A DNA stretch of 64,000 nucleotides from Thermoplasmata archaeon (GTDB lineage Archaea; Thermoplasmatota; Thermoplasmata; Thermoplasmatales; GCA-001856825): the NCBI GenBank assembly GCA_021817415.1, contig JAKAUZ010000030.1, positions 5,224-69,223 of the forward strand, read 5' to 3'. Positions 1-10,980 of the stretch are shown piece after piece; the first letter of the stretch is position 1; every line of letters starts with the position of its first letter. The notes under the pieces are model-generated. The model ran no database searches. It worked only from the letters and a program-made list of their open reading frames with translations, and was not told the DNA's origin. The position numbers and the translations under genes are program-made.

Positions 1-61
1 AATAAAAAATTACGCATTATACTGGCAGAAAAGGTTATGCGATGACAGCATTTCGGTATCG

Positions 62-913
62 ATGGATCGGAGACTTGCGTATGCCGGTCTTGTCTCTACT
101 GCCTTCATATGGGGTGCAACGTTTCCAATCATAAAATATACCTTGCCCTATATCGACCCATTATCATTTCTGTTTTTCAGGTTCATAATAGCCTCAGCAG
201 TTTTATTTCCATTTGTAATCAAGAAAATCACAAAGAAAAATGCAATATTTGGGACCGTGGTTGGTATACCACTTTTTGTGGGGTACGTTTCCCAGACGAT
301 AGGGTTGCAATTTACTTCCCCCTCAATGTCCGGTCTAATAACAGGTATATACGTGGTCCTGACCCCAGTATTTTCAATTTTTGTGTTGAGAAGTGGTAGA
401 GACCTAACCAAGATCTTGTTTGCTGCCATTGCCTTCTTCGGGATGGTCCTGATGACGGTGAATTCCACGTCAGGAGAATTTTTCGGGAACATGCTGACCC
501 TGATATGCGCCGTATCTTATGCATTCCAGATGGTTTACACTGAGAAGTTCCTGAAAGATGGAGACCCACTGGTATTCACATTCTTTCAGCTTTTAGTGGT
601 TGGTGCCTTAAGTCTCGTTTTCCATCCTTCTGCACTGCTGAGATTTTCATCGCTGGAAATTCCATACGTCGCTTTTTCCGTCGTCTTCAATGCAGTATTC
701 GGCTCAGCAATTGCAATATGGATCATGAGTGCCTCAATAAAGAGAATAAGTGCTTACTTGTCTGCTTTGATCCTGATTCTGGAGCCTGTATTTGCAGTGG
801 CAGTATCAACGCTTCTGTTTCACAATTCCATTACAATTCCAATGATGATTGGAGGAACTATAATCATAGTCTCAATGATACTTGCAATAAGGAGGGAAAA
901 CTCGAAAAGGTGA
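62..913 (+). CDS. EamA/DMT family transporter
   Basis: 283 aa, about 10 hydrophobic segments, IWGATF start and LEPVFA motif typical of EamA repeats. Confidence 0.88.
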   Translation: MDRRLAYAGLVSTAFIWGATFPIIKYTLPYIDPLSFLFFRFIIASAVLFPFVIKKITKKNAIFGTVVGIPLFVGYVSQTIGLQFTSPSMSGLITGIYVVLTPVFSIFVLRSGRDLTKILFAAIAFFGMVLMTVNSTSGEFFGNMLTLICAVSYAFQMVYTEKFLKDGDPLVFTFFQLLVVGALSLVFHPSALLRFSSLEIPYVAFSVVFNAVFGSAIAIWIMSASIKRISAYLSALILILEPVFAVAVSTLLFHNSITIPMMIGGTIIIVSMILAIRRENSKR

Positions 914-999
914 GCCCAGGACTCTTGTCAGCATTACTGTGCAAATCGAAGGTACTGACTAGGACGTTCTCTGCTATTCGAGATTTGGAACATTTGACA

Positions 1000-1476
1000 T
1001 CATTCCTTTGACTTCATTACTGCTCTGCTGTAAACTGCCTGACTTATTCTTTTAAGATTGGAAAATTTGTCCAGTGAGAAGCTATCCGAGAACCTTGGAA
1101 TCCTGGAAAGGCGTATGTACATCGACATCAATCCCTCGATCTCTGCACCCGTTCTTATCAATGATGCAATAATGCCATTACCTGATCGCAGAATCAAATC
1201 TGTTTCATCGTTATTTTCCAATCCATCGATCATCATCTTATCCAAAAATTCTGAATTTGGGGCTTTACTTTTGAATAGTATTGACGCAGAGAAGTCCGAA
1301 AGGTATTGAATCAACTCCATGTAATTGCCCTTCCACGCTGTGTCGACGTTAATAATCGAGCCAATGTCTGCCTGTACGATGGTAAGAAGTCTGAAAAATT
1401 CCCAAACTCCGGAATCGTACTCTTCAGCTCCATTAGTTATGATGCAGTCGAATGTCGGGTATAGAACTTTTCCCAT
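1000..1476 (-). CDS. hypothetical protein
   Basis: 158-aa ORF filling the gap between eamA and rps10; no recognised motif. Confidence 0.6.
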   Translation of the reverse strand: MGKVLYPTFDCIITNGAEEYDSGVWEFFRLLTIVQADIGSIINVDTAWKGNYMELIQYLSDFSASILFKSKAPNSEFLDKMMIDGLENNDETDLILRSGNGIIASLIRTGAEIEGLMSMYIRLSRIPRFSDSFSLDKFSNLKRISQAVYSRAVMKSKE

Positions 1477-1577
1477 GATTTATCCTTTATTCACCAGTAT
1501 CGAAATCATAATACTTGTGTCAATATAAAAAAGAGGAAATTAATTGTTACAGAGGACCGAGTCTTAACCAGTATGCC

Positions 1578-1892
1578 CTAAGATTGCAATTTAACTTCAA
1601 TGTTAATTCCGTCTGGCAATTGGATTCTCATTACCTGCCTGATCGTCCTCTCATCTGCATCGATGTAAATGAGCCTCCTGTGGACCCTCATCTCCCATCT
1701 GTCCCATGTCGCTGTTCCAGCGCCATTGGGGGCTTTCCTGATCGGGACAATCAATCTTTTTGTGGTGAGAGGAATGGGTCCCCTCATTTCAACTCCTGTT
1801 CTCGTTGCAAGGTCGTGAATCTCGTGGCAAACGCTATCTACTTTCTTTGAGTCCGTTCCTGAAAGAGATATTTTCATTCTATAGGAGGCCAT
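1578..1892 (-). CDS. rps10: 30S ribosomal protein S10 (uS10)
   Basis: GPIPL...[24 protein letters not shown] signature; follows tuf. Confidence 0.97.
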   Translation of the reverse strand: MASYRMKISLSGTDSKKVDSVCHEIHDLATRTGVEMRGPIPLTTKRLIVPIRKAPNGAGTATWDRWEMRVHRRLIYIDADERTIRQVMRIQLPDGINIEVKLQS

Positions 1893-1903
1893 TCATTATC
1901 ACT

Positions 1904-3184
1904 TTACTGCGCTTTCTTTTCGAGATCAATGCACTGGCCTGCAGCAACAGTTTGACCCATATCTCTTACTGCAAATCTTGCCATTGGAGCAAACTCAGAA
2001 AGTTTTTCAATGACCATTGGTTTGGACGGAACAATCTTGACAATAGCTGCGTCACCAGTCTGGATGTGTGACGGGTGATCTTCTTTTGTTGAGCCTAGTC
2101 TGGGATCTATTGTCTTTAGAATTTCTGTAATGGTACAGGCAACCTGTGCTGTATGAGCGTGGAAAACTGGTGTATACCCTGGTGCGATCACTGAGGGGTG
2201 ATTTAACACCACAATCTGCCCGGTAAAGCTCGACACGACTGTTGGCGGATTTGTGGAATGTCCCGCCACATCTCCCCTCCTGATATCTGTCTTGGCAATA
2301 CCCCTTACGTTGAACCCAACGTTATCTCCAGGTTCAGCCTGCTGCATTTGTTCGTGATGCATTTCGATCGATTTTACCTCTCCCGTCTTGTGTGAAGGCT
2401 CGAATATAATGTTGTCCCCGATCTTGAGTACTCCTGTCTCGACTCTTCCCACAGGTACAGTGCCTATTCCGGTGATAGAGTATACGTCCTGGATTGGGAG
2501 CCTTAACGGTTTGTCTGTCGGCTTTGCAGGGACTTGTAGTGAGTTGAACAATTCCAGCAGAGTAGGGCCAGTCCACCACGGCATATTTGGGCTCTTCTTC
2601 ATGATGTTGTCCCCCTTGTACCCAGATATTGGGATTATTGGTATGTTCTTATAACCAACAGATGCAAGTAACTGCTCAACCTGCTTCTTCACCTCTTCAA
2701 ATCTTTTCTGTGAGTAAGCTGGTTGCGTTGCATCCATCTTGTTTACTCCCACTATTATCTGATTAACTCCAAGAGTCCTTGACAGAAAAACGTGTTCCCT
2801 TGTTTGAGCCATAACGCCCTCTCCGTCCCTTGCTGAGACGATGAGAAGAGCGGCGTCTGCCTGGCTAGTGCCTGTGATCATGTTCTTGACAAAATCCCTG
2901 TGTCCAGGTGCGTCAATCAGCGTGAAATAGTATTTGTCAGTCTCAAATTTCCGGTGAGCAACATCAATAGTAACTCCTCTTTCCCTCTCTTCCTTCAATT
3001 TATCCATAACCCAAGCAAATTCAAAAGTAGCCTTTCCCTTTTCTTCTGCTTCCTTCCTGTACTCTTCAATAATATGAGCAGGTATTTCTCCGTGCTCGAA
3101 TAATATCCTTCCTACACTTGTTGATTTACCATGGTCCACGTGTCCAATCGTAACCAGATTTAGATGCGGTTTCTGTGCTGCCAT
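1904..3184 (-). CDS. tuf: translation elongation factor aEF-1A
   Basis: [21 protein letters not shown] motifs; GGAGGT RBS upstream. Confidence 0.99.
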   Translation of the reverse strand: MAAQKPHLNLVTIGHVDHGKSTSVGRILFEHGEIPAHIIEEYRKEAEEKGKATFEFAWVMDKLKEERERGVTIDVAHRKFETDKYYFTLIDAPGHRDFVKNMITGTSQADAALLIVSARDGEGVMAQTREHVFLSRTLGVNQIIVGVNKMDATQPAYSQKRFEEVKKQVEQLLASVGYKNIPIIPISGYKGDNIMKKSPNMPWWTGPTLLELFNSLQVPAKPTDKPLRLPIQDVYSITGIGTVPVGRVETGVLKIGDNIIFEPSHKTGEVKSIEMHHEQMQQAEPGDNVGFNVRGIAKTDIRRGDVAGHSTNPPTVVSSFTGQIVVLNHPSVIAPGYTPVFHAHTAQVACTITEILKTIDPRLGSTKEDHPSHIQTGDAAIVKIVPSKPMVIEKLSEFAPMARFAVRDMGQTVAAGQCIDLEKKAQ

Positions 3185-3192
3185 CTTAATTT

Positions 3193-3240
3193 ACCTCCAT
3201 ATACATGAGCTTACGCTTATTTTATTTCTATATATATCCT
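3193..3240 (-). promoter_or_regulatory. putative internal promoter (TATA box) and SD for tuf in the fusA-tuf spacer
   Basis: minus strand reads AAAACGATAAGG-ATATATATA (3237-3229), then GGAGGT (3198-3193) before the tuf ATG. Confidence 0.5.
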
Positions 3241-3252
3241 TATCGTTTTTTT

Positions 3253-5457
3253 TCACAGGTTTGCATAGTAATTTGCGTCATAAGGTTCTGCTTTCAGACC
3301 TTTCCTTTCTCTTATCTTCCCTACAACCTGTGGCTGCAATTCTTTAGGAACTACCTGGAAGCCTGAGTTTTCTGTGCTCCATAGAACCCTTCCCCCTGTC
3401 GCGCCTCTGATTGCAGATGCAAATCCGAACATTTCTGGCACAGGCACCATCGATACTATCTTTGACTGCTCTCCTTCCTGCTCCATTTCCACAATGACCC
3501 CTCTCCTCTGCTGGAATTCTCTGGTGACTGATCCAGATTCCTCCAGTGGAGTGTCAACGAATACCTTTTGGATCGGTTCGAGTAGAGTTCTTCCTGCCTG
3601 GCACATTGCGCCATAAATGCCGTTCCTTACCGCCGGTATAACCTGTGCTGGGCCCCTATGAATGCTGTCTTCGTGGAGTTTCGCGTCCTCCAGCTTTACC
3701 TTTACTCCATACACCTTTTCAGCGGCTAGCGGGCCTTTCCCCATTGCCTCAATGAATGCTTCCTTGACCAATTCCATCGTCTCGTTTAGGTACTGAATAC
3801 CTTTGGTGATGTCCAGGAGTATGTTCGGTCCCTGAATCGCTTCAATTCCCTTTGCCTCGTCCCTATCCAGGCCCATTTTCTCAAGGGTTGCTATAACTGA
3901 CTTCTTATCTTTTATCCTGTCAGTTTGAGGGAGTTCGCCCTTGAGGATTGCGTCCACTATTTCTTTGTTCAGTGGTTCGACTTCCATGTAGAATTTGTTA
4001 TGCTTATTTGGGGATTTCCCCTCAAATGGACCCCCGTGGCCCTGGACCGTTTCCCTGTAAACGACAATTGGATCGGATGTGTCTACTTCGACTTTCCAGT
4101 CATTCCTGATTCTGTACAAGGTGATTTCAAGGTGCAACTCACCCATCCCTGACATCAGATGTTCACCAGTCTCTTGATTTATCTCCACCTGAATGCTGGG
4201 GTCTGCCTTGGCGATATTCCTGAGTACTTCAATGAGCCTTGGAAGATCCTTTGTATGTTTTGCCTCGATAGCAACTGTTACAACTGGTTCAGTATAGTGT
4301 ACCATTGGCTCAAAGGGCTCTGCATCATAAATTCCTGTGACAGAGGACCCCGCTATTGCATCTTTAAGGCCTACTATTGCGGGGATGTTACCTGCGTCCA
4401 GTTCCTCAATCGGGATTCTGTCGGGACCAACCATCATAGCGAGTTGCTGTATCTTGTATTTCTTCTCCCCCATTCCTGAGATGTAGACTTCAACCCCTCT
4501 TGTCAGTTTTCCGCTGAAGAGTCTTCCTATTGCAACCTCTCCCGCGTGTTCATCCACCACTATTTTTGTCACCATCATCATTATTGGGCCATTTGAGTCA
4601 CAGTTAATCATTGCCTTTCCAACTTCTGAATTTAAGTCACCTTTCCATATCTGCGGTACCCTGTACTTCTGCGCAACTGCCGGGGATGGCAAATGATGGA
4701 CAACTGCGTCCAACAACACCTTGTGGAGAGGAGACTTCTTTGCAAGCGTTTTCTGGTCCCCAGCCTGAAGATAGTTGTAGACCTCCTTGAACCCAACGGA
4801 TGATTTGGGTGAATACTTGGTGGATATTGCCCAGTTGTTGAAAGCTGAACCAAATATCACTGAGCCATTCTCAACGTTGACCTGCCACTTTTCTTTGAAT
4901 TCATCGGCAGCGTACCTCTTGATTAGCTTGTTGACCTCAGTGATTATCTTGACAAATCTTTTCATCATGTCATCCGGCCCGAGTTTCAGTTCATTTATGA
5001 GCCTGTCGCATTTATTGATGAATAGAATTGGTTTCACCCTTTCCCTGAGAGCCTGCCTGACCACAGTTTCAGTTTGTGGCATGGGGCCCTCCACGGAATC
5101 TACGACGATTACTGCACCATCGACTGCCCTCATGGCCCTGGTTACGTCTCCACCGAAGTCGACGTGACCCGGTGTGTCAATCAGATTTATGAGGTAATTA
5201 GTCCCCTCTATTTCGTGAACCATGGATGCGGACGCAGCGTTAATCGTTATTCCTCTGGCCTGTTCCTGCTCATCGAAATCCAGGACAAGTTGCTTCCCCG
5301 CCAGGTCCTCGCTCATCATCCCGGCTCCCGCTATCAGGTTGTCCGAAAGGGTGGTTTTTCCATGATCAATGTGTGCCGCAATTCCTATGTTCCTGATCTT
5401 GGTGATGTCCTTCATTATTGCTGATGCTTTCTGGATGTTGTCTTCCTTTCTTCCCAT
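3253..5457 (-). CDS. fusA: translation elongation factor aEF-2
   Basis: AHIDHGKTTLSD, DTPGHVDF, diphthamide loop LHEDSIHRGPAQ. Confidence 0.99.
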   Translation of the reverse strand: MGRKEDNIQKASAIMKDITKIRNIGIAAHIDHGKTTLSDNLIAGAGMMSEDLAGKQLVLDFDEQEQARGITINAASASMVHEIEGTNYLINLIDTPGHVDFGGDVTRAMRAVDGAVIVVDSVEGPMPQTETVVRQALRERVKPILFINKCDRLINELKLGPDDMMKRFVKIITEVNKLIKRYAADEFKEKWQVNVENGSVIFGSAFNNWAISTKYSPKSSVGFKEVYNYLQAGDQKTLAKKSPLHKVLLDAVVHHLPSPAVAQKYRVPQIWKGDLNSEVGKAMINCDSNGPIMMMVTKIVVDEHAGEVAIGRLFSGKLTRGVEVYISGMGEKKYKIQQLAMMVGPDRIPIEELDAGNIPAIVGLKDAIAGSSVTGIYDAEPFEPMVHYTEPVVTVAIEAKHTKDLPRLIEVLRNIAKADPSIQVEINQETGEHLMSGMGELHLEITLYRIRNDWKVEVDTSDPIVVYRETVQGHGGPFEGKSPNKHNKFYMEVEPLNKEIVDAILKGELPQTDRIKDKKSVIATLEKMGLDRDEAKGIEAIQGPNILLDITKGIQYLNETMELVKEAFIEAMGKGPLAAEKVYGVKVKLEDAKLHEDSIHRGPAQVIPAVRNGIYGAMCQAGRTLLEPIQKVFVDTPLEESGSVTREFQQRRGVIVEMEQEGEQSKIVSMVPVPEMFGFASAIRGATGGRVLWSTENSGFQVVPKELQPQVVGKIRERKGLKAEPYDANYYANL

Positions 5458-5463
5458 CTAAGA

Positions 5464-6030
5464 TCACCTCGCGGAAGCTGCCTGCCTTTCAGTATCTTCC
5501 TTATCTTTGATTGAATGGCAATTTGGATCGTTCTTTGCCGCTGCAATGATTTCATCCGCAAGTGCCACATACATGTTCTTTTTTGATTTCTTGGCAGTCT
5601 CCCTTGCGCCTGCCGAAATATTCCTTATTGCAAGATCCAATCTCCTTGATGAACTTGTATCTACCGACTTTGGCACTGCTATTCCTCCATATTTTAGCCT
5701 TGTAATCTCTTCTCTTGGACCAGAATTCTGGACGGCATTGACAAAAACCTGGACCGGGTTTTCCTTTGTCCTTCTTTCTATCTCCTCGAATGCCTCTTTT
5801 ACGGTCCTGTAAGCACTTTGTTTCTTTCCAGTCCACCTGACCGTCCTCATTAAATTATTTATGAGTCTTTCGACAATGTTCATGGTTGCTTTTCCCATGA
5901 ACTTGTTTGCATATCTTCCTCCACTGTGGAGAGTTGCAGTCGGCTTTAGCGATATGTATTTCACTAAACCTTGATCCTGAACGGTTATCCCCGCAGTCTC
6001 CCATTTTTCAAAAATCAAAATACTAGCCAT
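5464..6030 (-). CDS. rps7: 30S ribosomal protein S7 (uS7)
   Basis: IVERLINNLM, NPVQV..AVQNSGPREE, ERQAASAR C-terminus. Confidence 0.97.
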   Translation of the reverse strand: MASILIFEKWETAGITVQDQGLVKYISLKPTATLHSGGRYANKFMGKATMNIVERLINNLMRTVRWTGKKQSAYRTVKEAFEEIERRTKENPVQVFVNAVQNSGPREEITRLKYGGIAVPKSVDTSSSRRLDLAIRNISAGARETAKKSKKNMYVALADEIIAAAKNDPNCHSIKDKEDTERQAASAR

Positions 6031-6034
6031 TAGA

Positions 6035-6463
6035 TCACCTGACCGGTTTCTCCTTCCTGCCCTTTACAAGTTCCTTGAGCGACACATTATTGACCTTGAT
6101 TACCTTATATCTCACTCCAGGGATGTCTCCCTTCGACCTACCCATTCTTCCGCCGATTCCTTCCACAACAACTTCATCGTGTTCATCTATGAAGTTAATC
6201 GCACCGTCGCCAGGTGCGAAAGCTGTGAGTTGCCTACCATTCTTGATAAGTTGAATCTTCACGCATTTCCTAATGGCAGAGTTGGGCTGCTTCGCTTCAA
6301 TTCCAACCTTTTCAATGACTATTCCCCTCGCTTGTGGGGCTCCTTCGAGTGGATCGCTCTTTTCCTTTAACCTCAATACTCTCTTCTTGTAGTCTCTATC
6401 CGACCACCTAAGCTTGTCGCGCTTCATTCGTATCTGTTTTCCGCCCATTAGACCATTAGGCAA
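6035..6463 (-). CDS. rps12: 30S ribosomal protein S12 (uS12); start re-called to TTG at 6463 (142 aa)
   Basis: [15 protein letters not shown] and [10 protein letters not shown] motifs; GAGGTGA SD 5 nt upstream of TTG at 6463. Confidence 0.96.
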   Translation of the reverse strand: MPNGLMGGKQIRMKRDKLRWSDRDYKKRVLRLKEKSDPLEGAPQARGIVIEKVGIEAKQPNSAIRKCVKIQLIKNGRQLTAFAPGDGAINFIDEHDEVVVEGIGGRMGRSKGDIPGVRYKVIKVNNVSLKELVKGRKEKPVR

Positions 6464-6672
6464 TATGTTCACCTCAAGATGCTCTTCAAAATGGTGAAGC
6501 AATATAAAAGTATATCGTGATGCCTCTCCTGTAGTTGCCAATCATTTCAGAGTGGTCTCTCAGGCTGGGATAGATAGTGGATATGTAAGTTCCCATTGCC
6601 ATTACTGGACATTCTCGATCTTCTTATATGCACCGTCGGCTAACATTTAAGGAGCTCTGTTAATTAACCATC

Positions 6673-7353
6673 ATGATATCTCAGATTGAGATTTCACTTG
6701 ACGTTAAGAATTCACTTCCATTCATCAATTTCCTGACCGGAAAGGACAAGGAGCTACTCATTGATGAAATCGTATCTTACAACGCCGAAAGAATTACGTA
6801 CATAGCTACCCTGAGAAAATTGAGTTTCATTTCTCCGGCAGACGTAGCCGCCCTTCATGATCGAAGTCTTTCAGGAAAGTATGGGATAGAATATTTCGAG
6901 ATTTTGGATTCCAATCAAAAGTTGAAGACTTACAGGGTACTTCTGATACAGCAATTACCAGACCTTGCAAAGAAGTTGCTTATGGACTTTGAAAATAAGA
7001 TATTCCTTATACCTCCACTTTCGCTCATCGGGAAGAACTTGGTCGCAAACATACTTGTTCTTGAGGGTTATCTTGAACAGATAAAGAATTATCTTGATTC
7101 TCGAAACATTGATTACAGAATTCTGAAGGTTAGCAGGCTCAATCGATTCGAACACGCTATTTCGGACAAAGAAATTTTCCTGCTTAGGTTCGCGTATATC
7201 AGGGGATTCTTCAATCAGCCAAGGGAGACCAACATGGAATCGCTGGCCGACGAACTGGGGTTGTCAAAGTCGACTTTCCTGAGGATGATGAGGAGTGCAG
7301 AGAAAAAAGTCATAGGGAATTTCATCGATAGTTCAAGCAATCTACAGCAGTGA
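6673..7353 (+). CDS. transcriptional regulator with C-terminal Bat-type HTH (HTH_10)
   Basis: C-terminal AYIRGFFNQPRETNMESLADELGLSKSTF..MRSAEKKVI. Confidence 0.85.
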   Translation: MISQIEISLDVKNSLPFINFLTGKDKELLIDEIVSYNAERITYIATLRKLSFISPADVAALHDRSLSGKYGIEYFEILDSNQKLKTYRVLLIQQLPDLAKKLLMDFENKIFLIPPLSLIGKNLVANILVLEGYLEQIKNYLDSRNIDYRILKVSRLNRFEHAISDKEIFLLRFAYIRGFFNQPRETNMESLADELGLSKSTFLRMMRSAEKKVIGNFIDSSSNLQQ

Positions 7354-7755
7354 AAGCACCTTGGGGAAAACTATCTCTTCCTCTTTCTTGTGATGTTCTG
7401 CAGTCATCTGTTTAAGATTGTTCAAAAGGTTGACAGTTTCTGTCCACCCGGTATAAGTTGACTCTACAGCTGCATCGACTGCTTTTGTAATCTGCACGTG
7501 CTGTTGGAATATCTCGATATATTCTTTGGAATTATCCTTGCCAAGTTTATCCAAAAGGATCTTCAGTATGGTAGACTCCTCATCTATCGTATGCTGTGCA
7601 ATGACCTCCCTTACCTGCGCTATGACAGGGAATGCGCCGCTGAGATTACCTATCTGATATGTCAGAATGGCATCATCTATCAGTGCAGGAATTTCATTAT
7701 GTTCCTCCTTGAGTTTTTCGATAAGCTCCTTTGCCTCCATTTTCCTCGGATTCAT
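7342..7755 (-). CDS. hemerythrin-like (HHE cation-binding) domain protein
   Basis: LKEEH, QHTIDEE, QQH, HHKKEEEIVFP pattern. Confidence 0.8.
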   Translation of the reverse strand: MNPRKMEAKELIEKLKEEHNEIPALIDDAILTYQIGNLSGAFPVIAQVREVIAQHTIDEESTILKILLDKLGKDNSKEYIEIFQQHVQITKAVDAAVESTYTGWTETVNLLNNLKQMTAEHHKKEEEIVFPKVLSLL

Positions 7756-8012
7756 GTTTGCAAAACGTTATCTTGCATATATTCTTTTCAATCGCAGAAT
7801 TACCTTTGAGAAAGAAGCAGCTTCTATTAAGGAGTAATTCTGCTTGAAGCAACCTTCCAATGTCCATATGCTGAACCTCCTAATGTGCAAGTGGTGATAA
7901 CTCAAATAATAACTAGTCAAGATTGCATTGTGGTAATTTGGATAGCTATAATTCAGTTTTGATTTCCACTGTACCGATTTACCGCTACTATATTCCGGTT
8001 TCCACGGCCATT

Positions 8013-9029
8013 TTATGGCTGGCTTCGTGAGAAAGATCTTCCGATGTAGTACTTATTGTTGAGCAGGAAGACGTATAGCGATTCGTTCCCATTCAAGCCT
8101 TCCTCAATCTTTGATTTCAATATGTAATATTGGTCAGATGGAATCTCAAATCTTAGAAATATTTTGCCACAGTTATGTTTCTTCAATGATCCGTTCAGGT
8201 CTTCAATTTTTGGTACTTCATCTATGATTTCGTATCCATTAATAATGAAATCATTGGAGACGATTTTGTCTGATGTCATGAAAGTCCTCTTCCTGTCCAT
8301 CAGGAGGACGGTAAGCTCTCTTTGATCATCGAGGTACTCTGGCACCAAGTCTGCGATGGATAGAACCTGATCTACCTGATATATTATTGACATTGGCACT
8401 TCAGTTCTTTCATAATCCCTCAAGATGGCTTCGTTACGTTTTACAACTGATTCGGAAGGAAGAGAAACTGCCCTTGATTCACCATTCATTCCTTCCCCTA
8501 CATACGCAATTATTCTTTTAGGCTCCCCGTTTACGCTTACATATTCTATTTCCCAGTCCTTAGGAATAATTTCCTTCCTGAAATGAACTGGCAAATCAAA
8601 TGAATATTTCTTTGCCTTGTATTTCCTCATTATTTCAAGTGGATTTGGTGATAGATCGTCAAACGTCCAGTAGTTCCCTCTCTTGATTCTTGATGGATCG
8701 GAACTGATTATGTCTGGATTCCCAACTTCCCTAACTATTTCTTTGTCCAGAACATCACCCTCAACAAACTCTATATTTCTCTTTCCTAACGCATTTGCGT
8801 TCTTCCTGGCCATTTTGAGCCTGCTCGGATCTCTTTCCACTGATTTCACGGTGTCGAAATATTCCGAGAAATATATCGACTGAATCCCTATCCCACACCC
8901 TAGGTCAGCTATTGATTTTGTTGCCAGTTTCTTTGACTTGTAATATGCGATCTCAATCGGCGTTGACATTCTGAATCCTTCATCGTCGTATTCCAGCCCT
9001 AAAATCCGGTCCTTCTTGACTTCAGTCAT
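8013..9029 (-). CDS. class I SAM-dependent methyltransferase (probable RNA MTase, THUMP-like C-terminus)
   Basis: ADLGCGIG motif I, SDPSR motif IV-like. Confidence 0.8.
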   Translation of the reverse strand: MTEVKKDRILGLEYDDEGFRMSTPIEIAYYKSKKLATKSIADLGCGIGIQSIYFSEYFDTVKSVERDPSRLKMARKNANALGKRNIEFVEGDVLDKEIVREVGNPDIISSDPSRIKRGNYWTFDDLSPNPLEIMRKYKAKKYSFDLPVHFRKEIIPKDWEIEYVSVNGEPKRIIAYVGEGMNGESRAVSLPSESVVKRNEAILRDYERTEVPMSIIYQVDQVLSIADLVPEYLDDQRELTVLLMDRKRTFMTSDKIVSNDFIINGYEIIDEVPKIEDLNGSLKKHNCGKIFLRFEIPSDQYYILKSKIEEGLNGNESLYVFLLNNKYYIGRSFSRSQP

Positions 9030-9325
9030 TTAATTTCCACCTGGTTAGGAAGGTCAGAAGCTCGTGTTTCATACGTGACCTTCAACGTAAGAATTGATAT
9101 GCAGAGCAGCGCTGCTATGAAATTCGCAACCATGATTGGTATTGACCGTATGAGAAACCCATAAGTAATCCACGTCGCCATCCCTGCAATGATGACCAAG
9201 TACATTGTAAATGATATGGCTGATGCTTTTTTGGACTTGTACGTTCTCACAAGCTGGGGGACGAATGAAATGGTGGTCAAGCTACCGGCTGCAAGACCGA
9301 TGACCGTGATTATTTCTGTTTCCAT
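9026..9325 (-). CDS. SemiSWEET/PQ-loop transporter
   Basis: 99 aa, 3 TM, TTISFVPQL, WITYG, PIMVAN. Confidence 0.9.
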   Translation of the reverse strand: METEIITVIGLAAGSLTTISFVPQLVRTYKSKKASAISFTMYLVIIAGMATWITYGFLIRSIPIMVANFIAALLCISILTLKVTYETRASDLPNQVEIK

Positions 9326-9355
9326 CCTATGCTGAGCACAAGCAAATATTAAAAA

Positions 9356-9991
9356 TTAGGCTGATTTGATTGTAATGAGCTTCCTGATGTAATCTGGAAC
9401 TGGAATTTCAGAGGGCGCAATTGGTTCCCCGTACGTCCTTTTTATAGGGATTATACCGTACCACAGATCAGTCCGTCCCCCCGTCTCTCTCACATTATTT
9501 TCATTGATTTTAATGGAGAAATCTTCGATATCAAATTGGACCACCATCACTTTTTCCATGTCCCGGTTGTCAGGCCTTTCAGTTTCCTCCCATCTTCCGG
9601 GTACCATTTTGTCCATGAGGAGTTTGAAGGTCCTCATCTTTGATTCATAATCATTGATCTCACTCCCTTTTCCGTACAGCACTGCAGATACGTAAAGCAG
9701 GCTGTTATCAGCCATCCTACGCCTTATGACGATACCATTTACCTCAAGTATTGAGATAGCAAGTTGCTTTCCATTGGTCATCCTACTCATTATCCTGCTT
9801 TCCTTCGACCCATGGAGGTAGAGATGCCCTGGATCGTGTGAAAAGTTCATGGGTATTACAAAAGGCTGTCCCTCTTCCTCAAAAGCCACCTGACACACAA
9901 AATTCCTGTCAAGTATCTCCTGCAACTTATTGATGTCATAGTTCCCCCTGTTTGGGTATCTATTGATTTTGCTCCTTGCTGGTATATCCAT
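9356..9991 (-). CDS. pyridoxamine 5'-phosphate oxidase-like FMN-binding protein (NimA-like)
   Basis: QPFVIPM, LYLHGS..SR, VPGRW motifs. Confidence 0.85.
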   Translation of the reverse strand: MDIPARSKINRYPNRGNYDINKLQEILDRNFVCQVAFEEEGQPFVIPMNFSHDPGHLYLHGSKESRIMSRMTNGKQLAISILEVNGIVIRRRMADNSLLYVSAVLYGKGSEINDYESKMRTFKLLMDKMVPGRWEETERPDNRDMEKVMVVQFDIEDFSIKINENNVRETGGRTDLWYGIIPIKRTYGEPIAPSEIPVPDYIRKLITIKSA

Positions 9992-10062
9992 AATGAAGTG
10001 AATTGGACTGATAATAATACTTTTTGTACTGTTTATTTTTCAGGAAGGACGGGATTTCAAAT

Positions 10063-10980
10063 TCACTGTTTCCTGCTTCCCATTTCTAGATACTCATCTC
10101 TACTGACAATTCCTTCCACTGGTTTCCCATCAATAAACCTTTTGATATTCTCGAAAGCCTGTCTGTATACCATGTCCATGACGTCCTCCGACAACCCTGC
10201 TGCAATGTGAGGGGTTACAGCAATGTTCTCAATACCTGAATTTTCCAGTTTGGGCTCATTCCACCATACATCAGTGAGATAGGAAACGTCACTCCTCGAT
10301 TTAATGAAATCCAGAAGATCATTTTCCTTTACTATTTCGGCCCTTGCTACGTTGATAATTATTGAGTCTTTCTTCAGCAGTTCAAGTTCCCTTCTTCCTA
10401 TTAAGCCGAAAGTCTTCCTGGTGAGCGGCACTGTTATGAGAACAAAATCTGAATTAGACAGGACAGTGTCGAGTTCATCCATTCTGTAGAACTCATCCGC
10501 ATTCCCGTCCCTGTAACTTCGCCAGACCGCAATGACTTTCATTCCGAATGCTTTTGAAAGCATAGCGACTCTGCTTCCAATCCCTCCATATCCTATGATT
10601 CCCATTGTTTTACCATATAGGAGTTTCGTCTCTTTTGGATTGTATATCCCCCTCTTTGTTTCGTTAATTCTTTCAGATATCCTCTTCGTTCGTTCAAGCA
10701 GAAGTGCAAATGCATGCTCAGCAACTGAGATGGAGTATGCACCTGCATTACTTGCCACGATGGTGCTCTCAGGTATGCTTGAAAAGTCGATATTATCAAC
10801 CCCCGCCTTGAGAGTCTGTATGAATCTCACTTTTTCGTTCCTGGGGAAATCATTATCCAAAACAAGCATAATTTCGCCGAGACCATCTTTCATATTCCAG
10901 TCTACTTCGTTCCCCCTGAGGATGCTCTCTCCCATTTTCCTATGCTTATCATCCACTTCAAATGCCACTGATATTTTCAT
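10063..10980 (-). CDS. D-isomer-specific 2-hydroxyacid dehydrogenase
   Basis: SVAEHA, GIIGYGGIG, INVAR, DVWW, TPHIA. Confidence 0.92.
   Translation of the reverse strand: MKISVAFEVDDKHRKMGESILRGNEVDWNMKDGLGEIMLVLDNDFPRNEKVRFIQTLKAGVDNIDFSSIPESTIVASNAGAYSISVAEHAFALLLERTKRISERINETKRGIYNPKETKLLYGKTMGIIGYGGIGSRVAMLSKAFGMKVIAVWRSYRDGNADEFYRMDELDTVLSNSDFVLITVPLTRKTFGLIGRRELELLKKDSIIINVARAEIVKENDLLDFIKSRSDVSYLTDVWWNEPKLENSGIENIAVTPHIAAGLSEDVMDMVYRQAFENIKRFIDGKPVEGIVSRDEYLEMGSRKQ

Noticed and set aside
6464-6541. N-terminal extension of rps12 in the ORF track
   Set aside because: SD plus TTG at 6463 gives the normal length; the extension is not S12-like
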